Below, piece by piece: positions 14,973-24,443 of a DNA stretch of 25,538 nucleotides (position 1 is the first letter of the stretch; each line of letters begins with the position of its first letter). The notes beneath the pieces are model-generated. The model worked only from the letters and a program-made list of their open reading frames with translations, was not told the origin of the DNA and searched no databases. Origin of the DNA: a virus (taxonomy: Duplodnaviria; Caudoviricetes); the IMG/VR virus record IMGVR_UViG_3300027138_000030, positions 1 to 25,538 of that record; one strand, written 5' to 3'. Position numbers and translations under genes: made by a program.

Positions 14973-16475
14973 TTAATTGAGGTCATTCCAGCTTTTTGCG
15001 GATTTACCTGATTTTTGTGTTGGTATTTGCTCAACAGCACCACTTGAATCAATCTTAATCAAACCCGCATACGGGTTTAAAATGTCTTCATCATCACCAC
15101 CAAATGTTTTGTTTTTCTTGATATATTGTTTACGGTATATTTGTAATTGTTCTTCACGACCCTTGATAATTTGAGTACCAATTTTTAGTATTTCAATACG
15201 TTGTTCAGGAGTAAGACTACCACCCTCAAATACTCGTTGTGCATAGCCTTGAATCTTTCGAGGAATTGACGGGTTGCCAAGAATGGTGTTTTTATCACCC
15301 TCTTGAACAGCACCTGATGGGTCATAAATCTTACCAATGTTAAAGATTGTTGCGCCATCAGCAGTTGGGTTTCCACCTTGAGCTAATGAAACAGAAGATT
15401 GCAATGCTTTGAATCGACTTGCAACCTCAACATCACCACCTTGTTTTAAGAAGCCCTCCCACTTGGTCATAACATCAAGATTTGCTTTAGCAACAGCAGT
15501 TGGGTCTTTCAAATCAACCTGAAACTTGGGGGCTTTCTTAATTGCATCTTCTTCAACCAACTTACTGACAACAGCACGTTCTTTTTGATTTAGATCATAA
15601 TAATTCTTGTTGAATTCTTTTAAGGAAAGTCTTTCTGTATCACTACCAACAGACGGCCTTGGCTCTGGCTTTTCAGGCTTCATTAGTCGAGCTTTTTCTT
15701 CTTCTGCATCTTGATACTCAACGCTATCAGGCGGCAACATACGCATCTTCTGATTGAGTTCATTGATGCGGTTAGAGATTTGCAAAGGTACACCTATTGC
15801 AGCTTGACGCTCTTTGTTTGCTTGTGCAATCTTTACCTTTGAACTAAGGGCATTTTGATAAATGTTCATTGCTAATTCAGGTGCGGCTTGTCCGTATTTT
15901 TTAGCAATTCTTATGTTTTGATCAGGGTCACTAGGGTCTAATTCACTCAATATTCTTGATTGCAAACCAATCATTTGCAACTGTGGGTCTTTACCACCCA
16001 AAGCACTGCCAATAGCACCACCCAACTGTTGACCCCCCATATACAGGCTGTATTGCGCCTGTTGCATGGGAGATAGCCGTGCAAATTGCATTGCCTGTGC
16101 TTGCATTGCTTCATTTTGCTTTTGTTGGTACAAAGCACGTTGCATGGCTTCTACTTCAGGAAACATTCCTGCGACAACTGATTGTTGTTGTGGTTGTTGA
16201 CCAGAAGTGAAATTAGGCTCAGGAGTAAACATTCCCCCTGACAAAGTTTGTAGTTGCGTTTGTGGAATACCGCCAGCAGCTATTTGAGCATCATTAGCTT
16301 GCAACATTGCCAAAAATCTTGGGTCTGATTGCAACAAACTTTCTTCGGGAAGCAAATTAGGATTTACTAATACTGGTAAATCAGGATAAACTCGATCCCT
16401 AATTACAGGATCAGGATTTCCATCTGCCTCTGTAAGAGGGACAACTCTATTTAAATTTGTTATATTAAATGGCAT
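14973..16475 (-). CDS. Internal virion / DNA ejection protein
   Basis: 500 aa, Gln-rich, GGQQLGGAIGSALGG segment; position in the ejection cluster. Confidence 0.7.
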   Translation of the reverse strand: MPFNITNLNRVVPLTEADGNPDPVIRDRVYPDLPVLVNPNLLPEESLLQSDPRFLAMLQANDAQIAAGGIPQTQLQTLSGGMFTPEPNFTSGQQPQQQSVVAGMFPEVEAMQRALYQQKQNEAMQAQAMQFARLSPMQQAQYSLYMGGQQLGGAIGSALGGKDPQLQMIGLQSRILSELDPSDPDQNIRIAKKYGQAAPELAMNIYQNALSSKVKIAQANKERQAAIGVPLQISNRINELNQKMRMLPPDSVEYQDAEEEKARLMKPEKPEPRPSVGSDTERLSLKEFNKNYYDLNQKERAVVSKLVEEDAIKKAPKFQVDLKDPTAVAKANLDVMTKWEGFLKQGGDVEVASRFKALQSSVSLAQGGNPTADGATIFNIGKIYDPSGAVQEGDKNTILGNPSIPRKIQGYAQRVFEGGSLTPEQRIEILKIGTQIIKGREEQLQIYRKQYIKKNKTFGGDDEDILNPYAGLIKIDSSGAVEQIPTQKSGKSAKSWNDLN

Positions 16476-16484
16476 GACTTTTCC

Positions 16485-17534
16485 TTAATAGTATCCAGAA
16501 GATTGATTGTTTACAGGAATAGACGCTTGATAGGAATCTGAAAACGCACTTGTTGCAAAAGGCGATGGAGCAAAGTATTTTTCTAAACCTTGTTGAAAGC
16601 TCTGATTGTTTGAAAGACCACTTAGAGCAGTAGCAAATGGGTTGTATGCACCTGCTTGTTGCGCTCTAGCTGCACTTATTCCACCAGTAAGCAATGATTG
16701 ACCAACATTAGCACCAGCGGCAGCGGATCGACCACCTAAAGCAGAACCCATCTCCAAAGGCTGTTGTCCAAGTTGCTCAAGAGTAGAACCAGCACCCAAA
16801 TACGTTGTAAACGGGTTCAATGCACCTACTTGACCAGATTGATACTGACCTAACAATTGAGAGCCACTACCAAACAATCCAGCACCAAATGCTGTTCTTT
16901 GTTGTCCAGCTTGATCCGCTTGACTTGCAATTTGTAAATCTTGTTGAGCTAATGCGTTGTAATATGCCTCCATTTCAGGAGATGTTGCTCTCAAACCTTC
17001 TCCACCACCCGGACGCAATCCAGTACCGCCAACAGACAAACCACTTCTGCCTTGCTGATATAACTGGTTTTGCAATTGAGCAAGTTGACGCTCACGACTA
17101 GGAGCAAGCAAGTTGTATTGACTCTCCATGTATTTTTGTGCTGTTTGCTCAGGAGTCTGTTGCAGATATAACTCACCCAATCCAAACAAACTTTCAGCAG
17201 ATGTAGACAATGGCAAATACTGTTTCTGTGCTATCTCAGCTTGAGTCAATCCTCTTTCAGTTAAGCCTTGTAGACGGTCTTGGTAAGCCTTTAACTCAGG
17301 ACTGACATCGTAACCAGCACCAATAACATTACCTTGTCCATCAGTCTGAAAGTTAGATGTACCGTATCTGGTAGTTATGCCAACAGGACGAAACTTTGCC
17401 GCATCCGCTGCAATTCGTGCCGCTTCAAGTTGTGCTTGGGCAGAAGTTCCTGCTGCTTCTCTTGCAGAACTCCCCGCCATTGCGCCACCTAATAGTGATG
17501 CACCTCCCAATACTAATGCTGCTTCTACTCCCAT
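16485..17534 (-). CDS. DNA transfer/ejection protein (P22 gp7-like position)
   Basis: N-terminal LGGASLLGGAMAG followed by Ala/Gln/Gly-rich sequence. Confidence 0.72.
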   Translation of the reverse strand: MGVEAALVLGGASLLGGAMAGSSAREAAGTSAQAQLEAARIAADAAKFRPVGITTRYGTSNFQTDGQGNVIGAGYDVSPELKAYQDRLQGLTERGLTQAEIAQKQYLPLSTSAESLFGLGELYLQQTPEQTAQKYMESQYNLLAPSRERQLAQLQNQLYQQGRSGLSVGGTGLRPGGGEGLRATSPEMEAYYNALAQQDLQIASQADQAGQQRTAFGAGLFGSGSQLLGQYQSGQVGALNPFTTYLGAGSTLEQLGQQPLEMGSALGGRSAAAGANVGQSLLTGGISAARAQQAGAYNPFATALSGLSNNQSFQQGLEKYFAPSPFATSAFSDSYQASIPVNNQSSGYY

Positions 17535-17821
17535 TACGTTCTCCTAATAAATATTTGCCTTAATTTTGCATCTGACCCAACAAAATCTTTCAGATACTCA
17601 AATCCAACAATACCTAGAAATTTCTTATGCTTTACATCATCAATCTCATGTATTGCATAAACATCATTTCTATGTATTTCAAACAACTTTTTCAAATCAC
17701 TCAAAAATTCTTTCTTTACTTCCTTTGTCCACCTTACGCAATCACAATGAATAAAGGTGAACCCACAATCATTTTCCAAGAAGACAATGTAATCATTGTT
17801 GTAGATTACTGGAATCTTCAT
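17534..17821 (-). CDS. Small GNAT-like virion assembly protein (P22 gp14-like position)
   Basis: FIHCDC...KFLGIVGFEY pattern; directly upstream of the ejection genes. Confidence 0.5.
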   Translation of the reverse strand: MKIPVIYNNDYIVFLENDCGFTFIHCDCVRWTKEVKKEFLSDLKKLFEIHRNDVYAIHEIDDVKHKKFLGIVGFEYLKDFVGSDAKLRQIFIRRT

Positions 17822-17842
17822 GCCGTCTATTCTTGTTTGTAA

Positions 17843-18067
17843 TCATGGCATTGCTGCTTTAAGTTGATCTGTTGTTGTTGCTGCATCAATGGCTGTCTGC
17901 ATGGTGGCGTACTTGTCACGCACAACCTGCCTTGCCGCTTCAGCAGCTACTGCTTCAGAGGGAATGGTTGCCTTGATGTCCAAAGGCGCAAACTCAGCAG
18001 ATCGAGCAGTACGTCTAGCATCATGCGCTATGTTCTTTGCTTTAGTGATGTTGATGGTAATGCTCAT
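17843..18067 (-). CDS. Tail-fibre-associated small protein
   Basis: Start MSITINITKAK, SD GGGAG, ATGA overlap. Confidence 0.65.
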   Translation of the reverse strand: MSITINITKAKNIAHDARRTARSAEFAPLDIKATIPSEAVAAEAARQVVRDKYATMQTAIDAATTTDQLKAAMP

Positions 18068-18249
18068 GTGTACTCCCATGCGTTGCGGAATGTGCGGTCT
18101 GTTGGAATGTCAGCAACATCAACGATCTTGAATGGTTTGCCAGCAGGAACATCCTTGGCGGCAATTTCTTCAATGGTTAAACCGCACTCATCGGCAGGAA
18201 TAACAATAGCCACACCGCCGTCATCTGTTGGATAAATGATTCTTTTCAT
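18064..18249 (-). CDS. Tail-fibre-associated small protein
   Basis: KDVPAGKPFKIVD...DRTFRNAW; immediately after the fibre gene. Confidence 0.7.
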   Translation of the reverse strand: MKRIIYPTDDGGVAIVIPADECGLTIEEIAAKDVPAGKPFKIVDVADIPTDRTFRNAWEYT

Positions 18250-18257
18250 GGTTGTCC

Positions 18258-19118
18258 TTATCTAAAAACTGAAACATTAATATAAACCGGATCAAAAGTT
18301 CCAACCCCATAAACACCAGCATTTATTCTGGCAGCAGAAGTTGTTGGCGCAACATTTGCCCCAGTTGAAGCATTTGTAAATACTGTTGTTCCGATGAAAT
18401 TATTTGATCCATTGGATGAGCAAGTTGTATTTACAGAATAATTAATATCACTCATCGCAGTTGTAAAGTTAACTGTGTAATCGCCAACACCGTTATCAGT
18501 AAGACTAGACACGTTACCGCTGCCACGAATAGCTGGAGTACCAGTGCCGTTGAAGTTAACCCATGCCCTTGCAAAATAAAGTGGTGCAGTACCTAATACA
18601 GTAGGAACTGAGGCTGAATCAATATTCGGTGTTGTCAATGTTTTGTTGGTAAAAGTCTCTGTTCCTGCAAGCGTAGCCAAAGTTCCAGTTGTAGGTAGCG
18701 TGACGTTTGTTACCCCTGTCAAAGTTCGAGTGTAAGCAAAGTTTCCAGAACCTGTGACAGTCATTGCCGCATTGTTTGCAACCCCTGTACCGCCTTGATC
18801 AGCCCCTAAAGTGCCTGTACTCACCAAACCTTTAGATGCGTTTGTAAATACAGGCTTAGAAGCTGTCAAGCTAGAAAGGATTGGTTGGGAAATTAATGTT
18901 GCTACACCTGTTAGTGTTGATGTACCAGTAACATCCAATGTAGGAATTGTCACCGTACCAGTAAAGGTAGGACTAGCCGAATCTGCTTTAGTTGCTACAG
19001 CAGTTGCAATATTTGCAAACTCAACATTAATCTCAGTTCCCTTAACAACTTTTAAAGGATTACCAGATGCAAGTGCATCCTTGGTTGCAAAATTTGTTGT
19101 TTGTGTATAGTTTGACAT
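18258..19118 (-). CDS. Short tail fibre / receptor-binding protein
   Basis: N-terminal anchor (TNFATKD...GTEINVEF), SPTFTGT, Thr-rich shaft, C-terminal ARAWVNFNGTGT domain. Confidence 0.8.
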   Translation of the reverse strand: MSNYTQTTNFATKDALASGNPLKVVKGTEINVEFANIATAVATKADSASPTFTGTVTIPTLDVTGTSTLTGVATLISQPILSSLTASKPVFTNASKGLVSTGTLGADQGGTGVANNAAMTVTGSGNFAYTRTLTGVTNVTLPTTGTLATLAGTETFTNKTLTTPNIDSASVPTVLGTAPLYFARAWVNFNGTGTPAIRGSGNVSSLTDNGVGDYTVNFTTAMSDINYSVNTTCSSNGSNNFIGTTVFTNASTGANVAPTTSAARINAGVYGVGTFDPVYINVSVFR

Positions 19119-19126
19119 TTTTTCCC

Positions 19127-20686
19127 TTATGCAATCTTGCCATTTTTGGCTTGAAGTTCAATCTTTTGAATGGATAATTGACTGTTGTTTATATCCATCT
19201 CAACCCCTATTTGAACAATTTTCCCCTTGCTGCTTGCATTTGTTTCTATTGTTGTTAATGCAACTCCAGATGTGTAATATGCTACTACTGTGGCATTTGC
19301 ACCATATTCAGCAGTACCATATTCGGCTGTTGTTTGACTAGGTATATTTACTTGTGCAGAGTAATAACTTCCTGTGAAATCATATCCCCACTTTAATGTT
19401 ACCAATTGATTAGAACCGCCAACAACAATAACCTTTATCTTCTTCAAAATAGAGGTGACATTTATATCACCAAGATCAGAATTATTTGTATAGTATGACA
19501 ACCTATATGACGTTGCATCGTCCAAGTATGTGCCGTATTTTCCAACATACCCATTTTTACCAAGCAACAAATCACCATTACGTCTTGCACAAAAAGATGT
19601 TGGCTCAATACTGTCCCAAATCGTTGACCTAGAAGAACCATCTTGCATGATTCCTTTTGTATCAAATGCGTAAACATATTTTGATACTGGAAGATTTAAC
19701 AAGTAAAGTGCATTTGTTTCAGAATATATAGCTTTAATATTTGATGCAGTTTCAGCAGAAACAGCACTCATCAAATCATTACGCACATTCTTAGATAAAT
19801 CACGTTCAGGAGAAGACTTCTCTTGAATCGTTCTCATCAAAGATCGAACACCAGAGTTGGACAAGAACAACACATCAGTGCTAGTAGTCTGAATGCTATC
19901 CCTAGCAATACAACCAATGCCCTCAACAGTGTCACTCAATTGCATTGAAGCTGGTGTAGTGGCATTTTGATAAATCAGAATCTGACGCTTACCAAAGATG
20001 AACAGAAAGCCATTGTGTGCAGCAAGTCCCGTAATCTCATCAGCACCATTGACCCACACACGGTCTACATTCAAAGAACCTGATGTACCTGTTGACCAAA
20101 CATGACCAGCAATCAAGTCAGAGAAAAAGACTGTTGCATTGTTGGATGTAGTGTTTGCCGCCCACAATCTACCAAAAGCAGATATAACAATATTTGCTGA
20201 TGGGACTGTAGCTACGTAACCTGTCTTTTCAGATACCCTGCGATATGTTGTAGTTGAGACAGTAGGATCAAATATTAGTGGATCATGACCTGATTGAAAG
20301 AAATATGTAATGCTATTAAGTGAAGCACATTGCCAATTGTTAGCAGTAATAGTTGGTGTTGTACCACCACCCCCATAGGTCAATTCAACCACAGCATTAG
20401 TGCCATCAAGTTTGAATAACTTTAAATTTCCAGTAAATAAAACAGTCAAAGTTCCATCTGCTTGCACTAATTCATGGATGACAGTTACATCATTTGCACC
20501 TAAAGCACCACTAGAAGAATTTACCTTAGAGTATCCTTTACGTGAACCAATACGACCATACTGGTCAATGATTGCATTTTGAGCAACTAAGGCAAATCCA
20601 AGAGACAAATCAAGAGGCGATTCTTGGGTATTCAACCCCTGAAAGCCAGGGGCTGTTAAAGAATAAGTCTGTAGTACTTGACTCAT
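19127..20686 (-). CDS. Tail nozzle / packaged-DNA stabilisation protein (beta-propeller; P22 gp10 or T7 gp12 analogue)
   Basis: 519 aa, beta-rich, IGCIARDSI motif; follows the adaptor gene. Confidence 0.75.
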   Translation of the reverse strand: MSQVLQTYSLTAPGFQGLNTQESPLDLSLGFALVAQNAIIDQYGRIGSRKGYSKVNSSSGALGANDVTVIHELVQADGTLTVLFTGNLKLFKLDGTNAVVELTYGGGGTTPTITANNWQCASLNSITYFFQSGHDPLIFDPTVSTTTYRRVSEKTGYVATVPSANIVISAFGRLWAANTTSNNATVFFSDLIAGHVWSTGTSGSLNVDRVWVNGADEITGLAAHNGFLFIFGKRQILIYQNATTPASMQLSDTVEGIGCIARDSIQTTSTDVLFLSNSGVRSLMRTIQEKSSPERDLSKNVRNDLMSAVSAETASNIKAIYSETNALYLLNLPVSKYVYAFDTKGIMQDGSSRSTIWDSIEPTSFCARRNGDLLLGKNGYVGKYGTYLDDATSYRLSYYTNNSDLGDINVTSILKKIKVIVVGGSNQLVTLKWGYDFTGSYYSAQVNIPSQTTAEYGTAEYGANATVVAYYTSGVALTTIETNASSKGKIVQIGVEMDINNSQLSIQKIELQAKNGKIA

Positions 20687-21330
20687 GTTGCCACAAACTC
20701 TTGATTTTCAGGATAGCGAGTGCCTTCCAATGCAATGTAATCAGCCAACATAGCTTTGTAAAGCAAATAAGCCTCAGATGAAGATAGGCCGCCATCTTCA
20801 CCACGTTCTACCAATGCACGAGCATAAGCATTCTGAGACACTAGAGTATCAGCAACAGAAACAACAGTTGCATCTGATGTCAACGTAGCCTGTGGCACTG
20901 TCAAAGCAAACTTAATTGTGTATGCACCATCAGGGATTGGATAAAGATTTACCTTGGTGTCGTAGCTCCCATCAACCCCATCAAAAGCAAATTCAGTAGG
21001 GATTGAATTAACTAGTGGTGTAAAGTTCAGCTTGCGGTTCATGTCCACAAAGCTGATGTTTATAAGGCCAACATTGCTTGTGGTGTTGATTACATCCATT
21101 ACTTGAAACTTCTGACCAGCACCCGTCAAAGAATAAGCTGGTGTAGATGCCGCAGTAGTGACTGTGATTGTTTGACCTAATACATTCCACGAAAAAGCAT
21201 CTTCAATCTGACGCTTTGCATCATTGACAAACTTTCCAATTAAGGAAGAATAAGTTGTTTCGGAAACAGTTGAAACTGTTGCTTCACGCAACCTTACGAG
21301 TACATCGTTTACAAGTTCAAGGTAGGTCAT
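20683..21330 (-). CDS. Head-tail adaptor (tail tubular protein A-like)
   Basis: MTYLELVNDVLVRLRE start and LYPIPD motif; synteny. Confidence 0.75.
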   Translation of the reverse strand: MTYLELVNDVLVRLREATVSTVSETTYSSLIGKFVNDAKRQIEDAFSWNVLGQTITVTTAASTPAYSLTGAGQKFQVMDVINTTSNVGLINISFVDMNRKLNFTPLVNSIPTEFAFDGVDGSYDTKVNLYPIPDGAYTIKFALTVPQATLTSDATVVSVADTLVSQNAYARALVERGEDGGLSSSEAYLLYKAMLADYIALEGTRYPENQEFVAT

Positions 21331-21662
21331 GCTCTTGTCAACCCTTCTTCTTCAAATGTGGCTATAAAACTAAATGAGCTTGCAGATTGAGTAGTTATTT
21401 TTAACTTATCGCCTTCTTCAAAAACAATGTAGGCATTGCCATCAAACTGCAAATAGTTTTTTGATGTGAAATCGTATTGAGTCAATATATCAAGGGTTGT
21501 ATTAGTACTTGCGTCAAACCATTGAACAGTTATATGCTTGGTAGAACCACCTGTATTGTGTATATACATTACAGTAAATTTAGAGTAATAGCCAGTAGGA
21601 CAGGTATAGACTGTTGTGTCTACTGCCGCTGTAGGACTAACACCAACTGATAATGCTCTCAT
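21327..21662 (-). CDS. Small beta-rich virion protein
   Basis: 111 aa; TVYTCP, FEEGDKL; structural operon. Confidence 0.65.
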   Translation of the reverse strand: MRALSVGVSPTAAVDTTVYTCPTGYYSKFTVMYIHNTGGSTKHITVQWFDASTNTTLDILTQYDFTSKNYLQFDGNAYIVFEEGDKLKITTQSASSFSFIATFEEEGLTRA

Positions 21663-21961
21663 TTTGCTTTTGCCTTGTTCCTTGCGGATATAGCTTGAGC
21701 TTTTGCCTTTGCGTCAGCCTTAGAGTTAGCACCCCATGCCTTAAGCGAAAGAAGCAGTCTTGTTGGTTCACCATCCTTGTACTCTGCACCGCTGTTACCA
21801 GCCATACGAGCCAAGAAACTTGCCCTGCGAGGGTTATCCCCTGACTTTACTGGTGCTTTCAAGTTGCCACCAGTTTCTGCATTATAAGATGCTCTGCCCT
21901 TGGCATTCAAGCCGCCTTTTGGATTTTGACCAGCTTTTGTTTGCCAAGTGGGTGTTTTCAT
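21659..21961 (-). CDS. Basic conserved phage protein (DUF6321-like)
   Basis: GQNPKGGLNAKGRASY...RRASFLARM...LSLKAW. Confidence 0.75.
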   Translation of the reverse strand: MKTPTWQTKAGQNPKGGLNAKGRASYNAETGGNLKAPVKSGDNPRRASFLARMAGNSGAEYKDGEPTRLLLSLKAWGANSKADAKAKAQAISARNKAKAK

Positions 21962-22120
21962 CTACTTTACCTTTTTAGGCTTCTTTGCAGTCTTTGCTGC
22001 TTGTTTGAAGTCAGCAGCAGTAGGTGCGTCTTTAGACCCCACCTTGTTCATCTTCTCACCAGACCCTGCCTTGATACGAGCCTGTTTTGCGTTAATGTTG
22101 GCGTAAAGTCCTTGTTTCAT
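21962..22120 (-). CDS. Small basic protein (52 aa)
   Basis: Not in the track. MKQGLYANINAKQARIKAGSGEKMNKVGSKDAPTAADFKQAAKTAKKPKKVK; SD AAGGA. Confidence 0.8.
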   Translation of the reverse strand: MKQGLYANINAKQARIKAGSGEKMNKVGSKDAPTAADFKQAAKTAKKPKKVK

Positions 22121-22129
22121 GGCTTTTCC

Positions 22130-22414
22130 TTAGTACAACACTTTTGCCGTGATAGTTCCAGAGGTGTAAGCAGTGCAATTTGCTCTCAAATACTTGGGAG
22201 CATTGGCTATAGTGACAATGCCATCAGCAGTCAAAGCAGTGCCAATTGTGGCAAAGGTTGTTCCATCCAAGCTACCTTGGAATGCAACAGTTGCAGTAGT
22301 AATACCACTAACTTGCAAGAATGCGGGTTGACCAGCATCTGCTTGCACAGATCGAGATGCACCTGATGCTGTAACAGCACTCAATAGAGTGGCGGGAGTA
22401 GTTAAGGATGACAT
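22130..22414 (-). CDS. Small beta-rich virion protein
   Basis: 94 aa; FQGSLDG, YLRANCT. Confidence 0.7.
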   Translation of the reverse strand: MSSLTTPATLLSAVTASGASRSVQADAGQPAFLQVSGITTATVAFQGSLDGTTFATIGTALTADGIVTIANAPKYLRANCTAYTSGTITAKVLY

Positions 22415-22602
22415 TATTTACCTCTTGAGGATTTCTTCATCATGTTAGTAGCGGTACGACCACCACGCATAGGCATTGGCATCTTTGGCTTACCAACCGC
22501 AACCATAATGGTCACAGGAACGCCCTTTTTCTTGCCATACTCTTTGGCTTCTTTCTCGCCTTTTTCAGAGTAGGGAAACTTCTTTTTTCCAACCATAGGC
22601 AT
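22414..22602 (-). CDS. Small basic protein (62 aa)
   Basis: Start MPMVGKKKFPY with SD AAGGAG. Confidence 0.7.
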   Translation of the reverse strand: MPMVGKKKFPYSEKGEKEAKEYGKKKGVPVTIMVAVGKPKMPMPMRGGRTATNMMKKSSRGK

Positions 22603-22612
22603 AGCATTCTCC

Positions 22613-22816
22613 TTATTTCCAGACACGATCAGCAATAAAGGTAATGATGCCGCCCATGAATGAAGCGATAGTCATACCCACCCAAAATCCACCTTTGCCT
22701 TTGTTGGCAAGTTCAAGTAAGGCTTTTACATCAGTACTCAATTGAGTTACCTGACCATGCAAAGTCTCAACTTGAGCCTCTAACCGACCAAAATCACGAG
22801 CATCTATCTCAGACAT
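22613..22816 (-). CDS. Coiled-coil plus C-terminal TM protein (XhlA-like architecture)
   Basis: FGRLEAQVETLH coiled coil, then KGKGGFWVGMTIASFMGG TM. Confidence 0.65.
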   Translation of the reverse strand: MSEIDARDFGRLEAQVETLHGQVTQLSTDVKALLELANKGKGGFWVGMTIASFMGGIITFIADRVWK

Positions 22817-23027
22817 TTGCTACCTTTCGGGGTCTTCCCATACGCTTAAATGTTGGAATCACAGGCGCAAATGCGGTATCTGTTCTAGTCTCTGATTCTA
22901 CAGATTCTGTGGTTACTTCTGCCTCGTCTATCCTCACATATCCCTGATGACCCTTCATAGAATCAATATCATGCTGATATGTAAAAGTTACAGTGTTACC
23001 TGATTGAAGACAGCGAAAAGTAGCCAT
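22809..23027 (-). CDS. Hypothetical protein with C-terminal GRPRK motif
   Basis: 72 aa; in the head operon. Confidence 0.7.
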   Translation of the reverse strand: MATFRCLQSGNTVTFTYQHDIDSMKGHQGYVRIDEAEVTTESVESETRTDTAFAPVIPTFKRMGRPRKVANV

Positions 23028-23044
23028 AAAACCCTTTAAATGAG

Positions 23045-23066
23045 AAAGGGGGGACTAGCCCCCCCC
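23045..23066 (-). terminator. Putative terminator hairpin
   Basis: G-run/CUAG loop/UCCCCCC stem followed by UUUCUC. Confidence 0.55.
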
Positions 23067-23071
23067 TATCT

Positions 23072-23395
23072 TTACACCATACGGACAATAACTATATCCA
23101 TAGTGGCTGATGCCAAGTCCACTGTTGAACCTGATTCGTTTTGGATGCGGAACTTGACGGTATTGGCAGCACTGACATAACCAGTAACTGTTAAACCAAC
23201 CAAATCCACAGCCAAAGATGTACCAAGAACCATGTCACCCAAAGCGACACCAGGAACTGTTACATCATCTGTTTCACCAGCACCATCAACTAATGAACCA
23301 GCATTTAAGGTACAAACAACTGACCAAGTATCGGAGAACAAACCCCGAAAACTGTCATTACCTCTGCGTGTTACAACTGCACTTGCTGTTGCCAT
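23072..23395 (-). CDS. Capsid decoration / cement-like protein
   Basis: 107 aa, beta-rich (VTVPGVALGD, GYVSAANTV); right after the major capsid gene. Confidence 0.65.
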   Translation of the reverse strand: MATASAVVTRRGNDSFRGLFSDTWSVVCTLNAGSLVDGAGETDDVTVPGVALGDMVLGTSLAVDLVGLTVTGYVSAANTVKFRIQNESGSTVDLASATMDIVIVRMV

Positions 23396-23418
23396 TTTGA
23401 TTTCTCCTAATTAGGTTT

Positions 23419-23450
23419 AAAAAAGTCCCCCCACCACTAGGGCAGGGGGC
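23419..23450 (-). terminator. Rho-independent terminator after the major capsid gene
   Basis: GCCCCCUGCC-CUAGU-GGUGGGGG stem followed by U6. Confidence 0.75.
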
Positions 23451-23460
23451 GCAACTGCAA

Positions 23461-24414
23461 TTAGGCAGGAACCAACAAAGCGAACATAGATGCAGACTTA
23501 GCCGCACCAGTGCTTGCCGCATTACGAAGAATCTGAACGCCATACAGAGTGTCAGATGTGAACAGATTAGCAAGATACTCTTGCTTGTACTGTACTTGTG
23601 AACGCAAAGCAACTTGCTCAACCAGCACCATTGAATCACGGTGACCCATTAAACAAACTCGTGCGCCAGCAGAACCTGATGCAGTATCAGTGTTGCTTGA
23701 GACAAACACAGGGATGCCGTACAGGTTGCCAATTTCACCAGTGCGAATAGTACTGTTAGTACCACCAACAAAGGCTTGTTCAGTGTAACGAGCCAAACCC
23801 ATCAATGTGTTACGGCTTGATGGAGGAATCAAGAAGAAACGCTGATCCATTGGGGTATCAGTGTCATCAAGACGCTGAATAGTGCGGCGAATAGCGGCAT
23901 CGGTCAATGCTGACTCATTGTTGCTTGCAGCAACATAAGCAGTAGTACCGTCACCACCAATAAACGCACCAGTTGCGTAAGCATTTGTACCAGCACCGCC
24001 ATTGGTTGAACGACCCAACTGAACCAAGTCAGTATCGACTTGTTTAGCCAGAGCATAACCAGCGTCAGAGGTATAGAAGTTACGCAAGCTGTTCAGGGCT
24101 TGGGCTTCAACAATATCCTCAATCAAACGGCTGTATTCGTAATGCTTGTTGATAGAAACTTGAACTTCAGACTCTGTAGCAGCAATCAAAGTGACTGCTG
24201 TTTCAGCGGCTTTAGCGGAAGCAGAACCACGGGTAGGTGCAGGGATGTGAACTACATCACCCTTCTTACCTTTAAAGTTCATCTTCATAACGAGGTTAGC
24301 AAGAACCAAGTTTTTCTTGTAGGCAGCTACGATTTCATCTGACCAAATTTCAGGGATGAATGTATTTGCTGTGGTAACAGTAACTGAATTACTGGGGGAA
24401 AATGATGTTGCCAT
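23461..24414 (-). CDS. Major capsid protein (HK97 fold, P22 coat-like)
   Basis: FIPEIWS, KGDVVHIP, GYALAKQVD, GEIGNLYGIPV, DTLYGV; follows the scaffold and has its own terminator. Confidence 0.9.
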   Translation of the reverse strand: MATSFSPSNSVTVTTANTFIPEIWSDEIVAAYKKNLVLANLVMKMNFKGKKGDVVHIPAPTRGSASAKAAETAVTLIAATESEVQVSINKHYEYSRLIEDIVEAQALNSLRNFYTSDAGYALAKQVDTDLVQLGRSTNGGAGTNAYATGAFIGGDGTTAYVAASNNESALTDAAIRRTIQRLDDTDTPMDQRFFLIPPSSRNTLMGLARYTEQAFVGGTNSTIRTGEIGNLYGIPVFVSSNTDTASGSAGARVCLMGHRDSMVLVEQVALRSQVQYKQEYLANLFTSDTLYGVQILRNAASTGAAKSASMFALLVPA

Positions 24415-24443
24415 GTTAAATCTCCAAAAAACGATAAGTTAAA

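Noticed and set aside
18258-19118. Tail fibre as a diversity-generating retroelement target
   Set aside because: No reverse transcriptase or template-repeat copy seen in the window.
23440-23447. KOPS-like GGGCAGGG
   Set aside because: The instance noticed is part of the capsid terminator stem; no polarised cluster seen.
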